Virus record (IMG/VR): IMGVR_UViG_3300044670_000556 | Coordinates: 1-26,362 of that record | Source: a virus | Taxonomy: Duplodnaviria > Caudoviricetes | Length of the DNA: 26,362 bases | Strand: one strand, 5' to 3' | In this document: positions 24,156 to 26,362 of the stretch, in pieces | How positions within the stretch are numbered: position 1 is the stretch's first letter | Layout: every line of letters begins with the position of its first letter | Notes under the pieces: generated by a model | The model's input: the letters and a program-made list of their open reading frames with translations, nothing else | Databases searched by the model: none | Told to the model about the DNA's origin: nothing | Program-made: the position numbers and the translations under genes

Positions 24156-25666
24156 TATTCCTCAACAATCCTAGAGATGTTCCCGTCCGCGTCCCGTTCA
24201 ATCTTCCGCGTCTTACCGTCCGGCAACTGAACATTCACGACAGGAGCCGGGAGGGAATCAATCGTGGACCGGATAACATCAGCGAACTCCGACGGATCCA
24301 TGCTACGAGCATTGTACGCGTCTTGAATGTTCGCCGGGGACTCCGCAGCCTGCGTCGCGTTCTGCAACTGAACAGACGGCAAACCGGTGTGATCAATAGC
24401 AGGCAATCCAACCGCCTCAGCCGCAGCCGATGGGGAATAGCCAACCTGCACAAGACGCGCAACCATATCCACGCGCTTTTCAAGTTCAACAATGTTCGCC
24501 GCACCAAGGTTCACGTTAGCGAGCGCAACGCGGTACTGATCGCCACCCTCAACACGATCCAGATCCTCCAACCGGTGAATGTCATTGATCGACAACCATC
24601 CGCCTTGAATCGCCTGCGAATAGGAGGTATATCGGTCTTGGAGGTTGGCGCGTAGCAAACCATCAACGTTGAACTTCAAGAACGCATCACCCGTGAGCAT
24701 CATGGAATACGCGTTCTCAATTTTCTGGATCATCGGCAATAACGTGTACGTGACGAACTGCCGCGACGATTCCTCAACGCTCGCATACGACATTGCTCCC
24801 TGTTGCGTACTCTGCAACATGTGGACCGGAATGCGAAACATACGCGCAACCTGCTCAACAACAAACTGTTGTTCCTCAATCAGTTGTGAATCGTTCGGAG
24901 CGATAGTCGTGCTGTTGAACTTCGCGCCACCGGACAAGACACCGGGACGATGCGCCTTCCGTAAACCCTTGTGACCTTTTTCCCAACCGTCCTGAATGGC
25001 CTTAGCCTGCTCCGCAGTGATCTCACCGGGAATCTCAATGACACCCGCCGCGCTAGAACCAGAACCGAAAAACGCCGCCGAATAATCCTCAAGAGCCTTA
25101 GCGATGCCTAGAGTTTCCTTCAACTCACTGATACGGCTAGTGCCATGCAACGCACCCGGCAAACGCAGATCCGTGATATGCACAATCTCATCTTCAGTGA
25201 GAATCGTCTTACCCTCATCCACCACGTATTCAATGCGACCATCAGAATCCCGACGTACCTTGATTCGGCGCGGATCAATGATGTGCAACGCGATGATGTC
25301 GCCGCGCTGATTGAACAACTTGCGGGTGAACGATTCGCCATGCACCAGCAGCGAGAAAATCATCATTTGGTAGTGATCGGTGCGTGAAGTGTTCCGGTCC
25401 GGTTCGGGGTTATCGACCCACACCGGCTTAGGACGGAAGGCGCGACGTTCACTCCCTGCGCGGTAGAACGCGTCAACCGGCAGGGTAGAGATACTGTCCG
25501 CGATCAAACGGACCGCAGCGAAAACCGGCGTAATACGAATGGCGTTGTCTTGCGTGATGTTCACGCCGCTACGCGTGCCACCGGTCAGCGACGGGTCACC
25601 AATCTCAAAGAGTTTTTGAAACGTGATAGCGCGACGCTCCGGAGGCGTAAACAAATTATTCAGCAC
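24155..25666 (-). CDS. Portal protein (HK97 family) with C-terminal extension
   Basis: VFAAVRLIADSISTLP, EQVARMFRIP.HML, KFNVDGLLRA, GWLSINDIHRLEDL. Start reassigned to GTG 25666. Confidence 0.95.
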   Translation of the reverse strand: MLNNLFTPPERRAITFQKLFEIGDPSLTGGTRSGVNITQDNAIRITPVFAAVRLIADSISTLPVDAFYRAGSERRAFRPKPVWVDNPEPDRNTSRTDHYQMMIFSLLVHGESFTRKLFNQRGDIIALHIIDPRRIKVRRDSDGRIEYVVDEGKTILTEDEIVHITDLRLPGALHGTSRISELKETLGIAKALEDYSAAFFGSGSSAAGVIEIPGEITAEQAKAIQDGWEKGHKGLRKAHRPGVLSGGAKFNSTTIAPNDSQLIEEQQFVVEQVARMFRIPVHMLQSTQQGAMSYASVEESSRQFVTYTLLPMIQKIENAYSMMLTGDAFLKFNVDGLLRANLQDRYTSYSQAIQGGWLSINDIHRLEDLDRVEGGDQYRVALANVNLGAANIVELEKRVDMVARLVQVGYSPSAAAEAVGLPAIDHTGLPSVQLQNATQAAESPANIQDAYNARSMDPSEFADVIRSTIDSLPAPVVNVQLPDGKTRKIERDADGNISRIVEE

Positions 25667-25799
25667 CGCGTGCACGCTCCAATGCAACTCCGAACATGGT
25701 CAACAAAACACCACCGACAATGAAACCGGCAGCGGGTGCGATCAGCGCAGCACCGGTCGTGATCGCAATCAAACCGGTAAGTTGAAACACCGTCGCCAT
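25656..25799 (-). CDS. Small two-TM membrane protein between terminase and portal (47 aa)
   Basis: SD GGAG. MATVFQLTGLIAITTGAALIAPAAGFIVGGVLLTMFGVALERARGAE. Missed by the ORF track. Confidence 0.8.
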   Translation of the reverse strand: MATVFQLTGLIAITTGAALIAPAAGFIVGGVLLTMFGVALERARGAE

Positions 25800-25808
25800 G
25801 GCTTCTCC

Positions 25809-26362
25809 CTAAGCAAAGAACTGCGGAACAGGTTGCGCCTGCTCCGGTGATTGATTCACGGCACGTTCCACCGCCATGATCCCCGCAACGGCAAGGTCAA
25901 TACGCCGCGCACTGTGACGCGTTTCCTTCACAATCCTTGTACCGCGTGAATCCGTTTTCAGATAAGCGTTACTAACGTGACGCGTTAGTGCCGGGTTACC
26001 GTCATGCGTCAACCGGCGAGTCAACACCATATCCGTGAACCGTTTCGTCGCGGGAGTCATACGCGCTGCGCTCTGAGGGAACTCCGTAACCGGAAGATTC
26101 TCATCCGCCAACACCTCAAGCGACCGCGACCACAAATGCGGATCCGCCGTAATCTCACGCACCCGCCAACGCAGACACGCAGTACGAATAGCGTCCTCAA
26201 CGTCAAGGATCGGCACACGCCATTCACTCACCGTCGGTGGTTTCTCCCAATGACCCGCAACAGTCACATGCGGGAACTCGCCAATCTCCACCGCAATCAA
26301 CGCCGTAGAGTCACCAGAGAACGAACCATCCAAACCAAGCACAACATCCGCGCCGTCAGGAA
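25809..26362 (-). CDS. terL: Terminase large subunit, C-terminal nuclease domain (partial)
   Basis: LGLDGSFSGDSTAL, ITADP, FPQS..RMTPA, HDGNPAL, RIDLAVA. Upstream of portal. Confidence 0.95.
   Translation of the reverse strand, partial: PDGADVVLGLDGSFSGDSTALIAVEIGEFPHVTVAGHWEKPPTVSEWRVPILDVEDAIRTACLRWRVREITADPHLWSRSLEVLADENLPVTEFPQSAARMTPATKRFTDMVLTRRLTHDGNPALTRHVSNAYLKTDSRGTRIVKETRHSARRIDLAVAGIMAVERAVNQSPEQAQPVPQFFA

Noticed and set aside
459-25850. Numerous plus-strand ORFs in the track (e.g. 4069-4791, 13186-13902, 20760-21515, 23066-23833)
   Set aside because: All are antisense shadows of well-supported, tightly packed minus-strand genes in GC-rich DNA. They show no recognisable motifs.

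Overview
A 26.4 kb segment of a tailed dsDNA phage (siphovirus-type, HK97 fold) with every credible gene on the minus strand. WhiB, an r1t-type holin and an Rpf-like transglycosylase point to an actinobacterial host. Read right to left, it contains: the terminase C-terminus; portal; three accessory head-region proteins; a 611-aa multidomain protein ending in the prohead protease; major capsid; a three-gene glycosyltransferase cassette; head-tail and tail genes, with a -1 frameshifted tail chaperone; tape measure; tail tip; glycine-rich fibre; lysis genes; and an exonuclease/DUF6378 group. A regulatory island (about 4600-5200) follows, with terminators, two sigA-like promoters and structured RNA. 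The early replication/recombination operon comes last (Rpf-like, Sak/Rad52, PP-loop protein, HNH, resolvase, WhiB, SSB, RHH). I saw no integrase, tRNA or CRISPR array. Most notable: (1) the protease looks like a self-processing polyprotein whose cargo domains, including a HAD phosphatase, are separated by E-x-R-like sites; (2) a two-loop RNA at the end of the late region is complementary to early-gene ribosome binding sites; (3) a probable virion glycosylation cassette includes a Maf/GT42-like enzyme; (4) twin GAGC-loop hairpins lie before the capsid gene and a switch-like hairpin after it; (5) a short peptide motif is shared by tail-tip and head-region proteins. All family calls come from motif recognition by eye; no searches were run.
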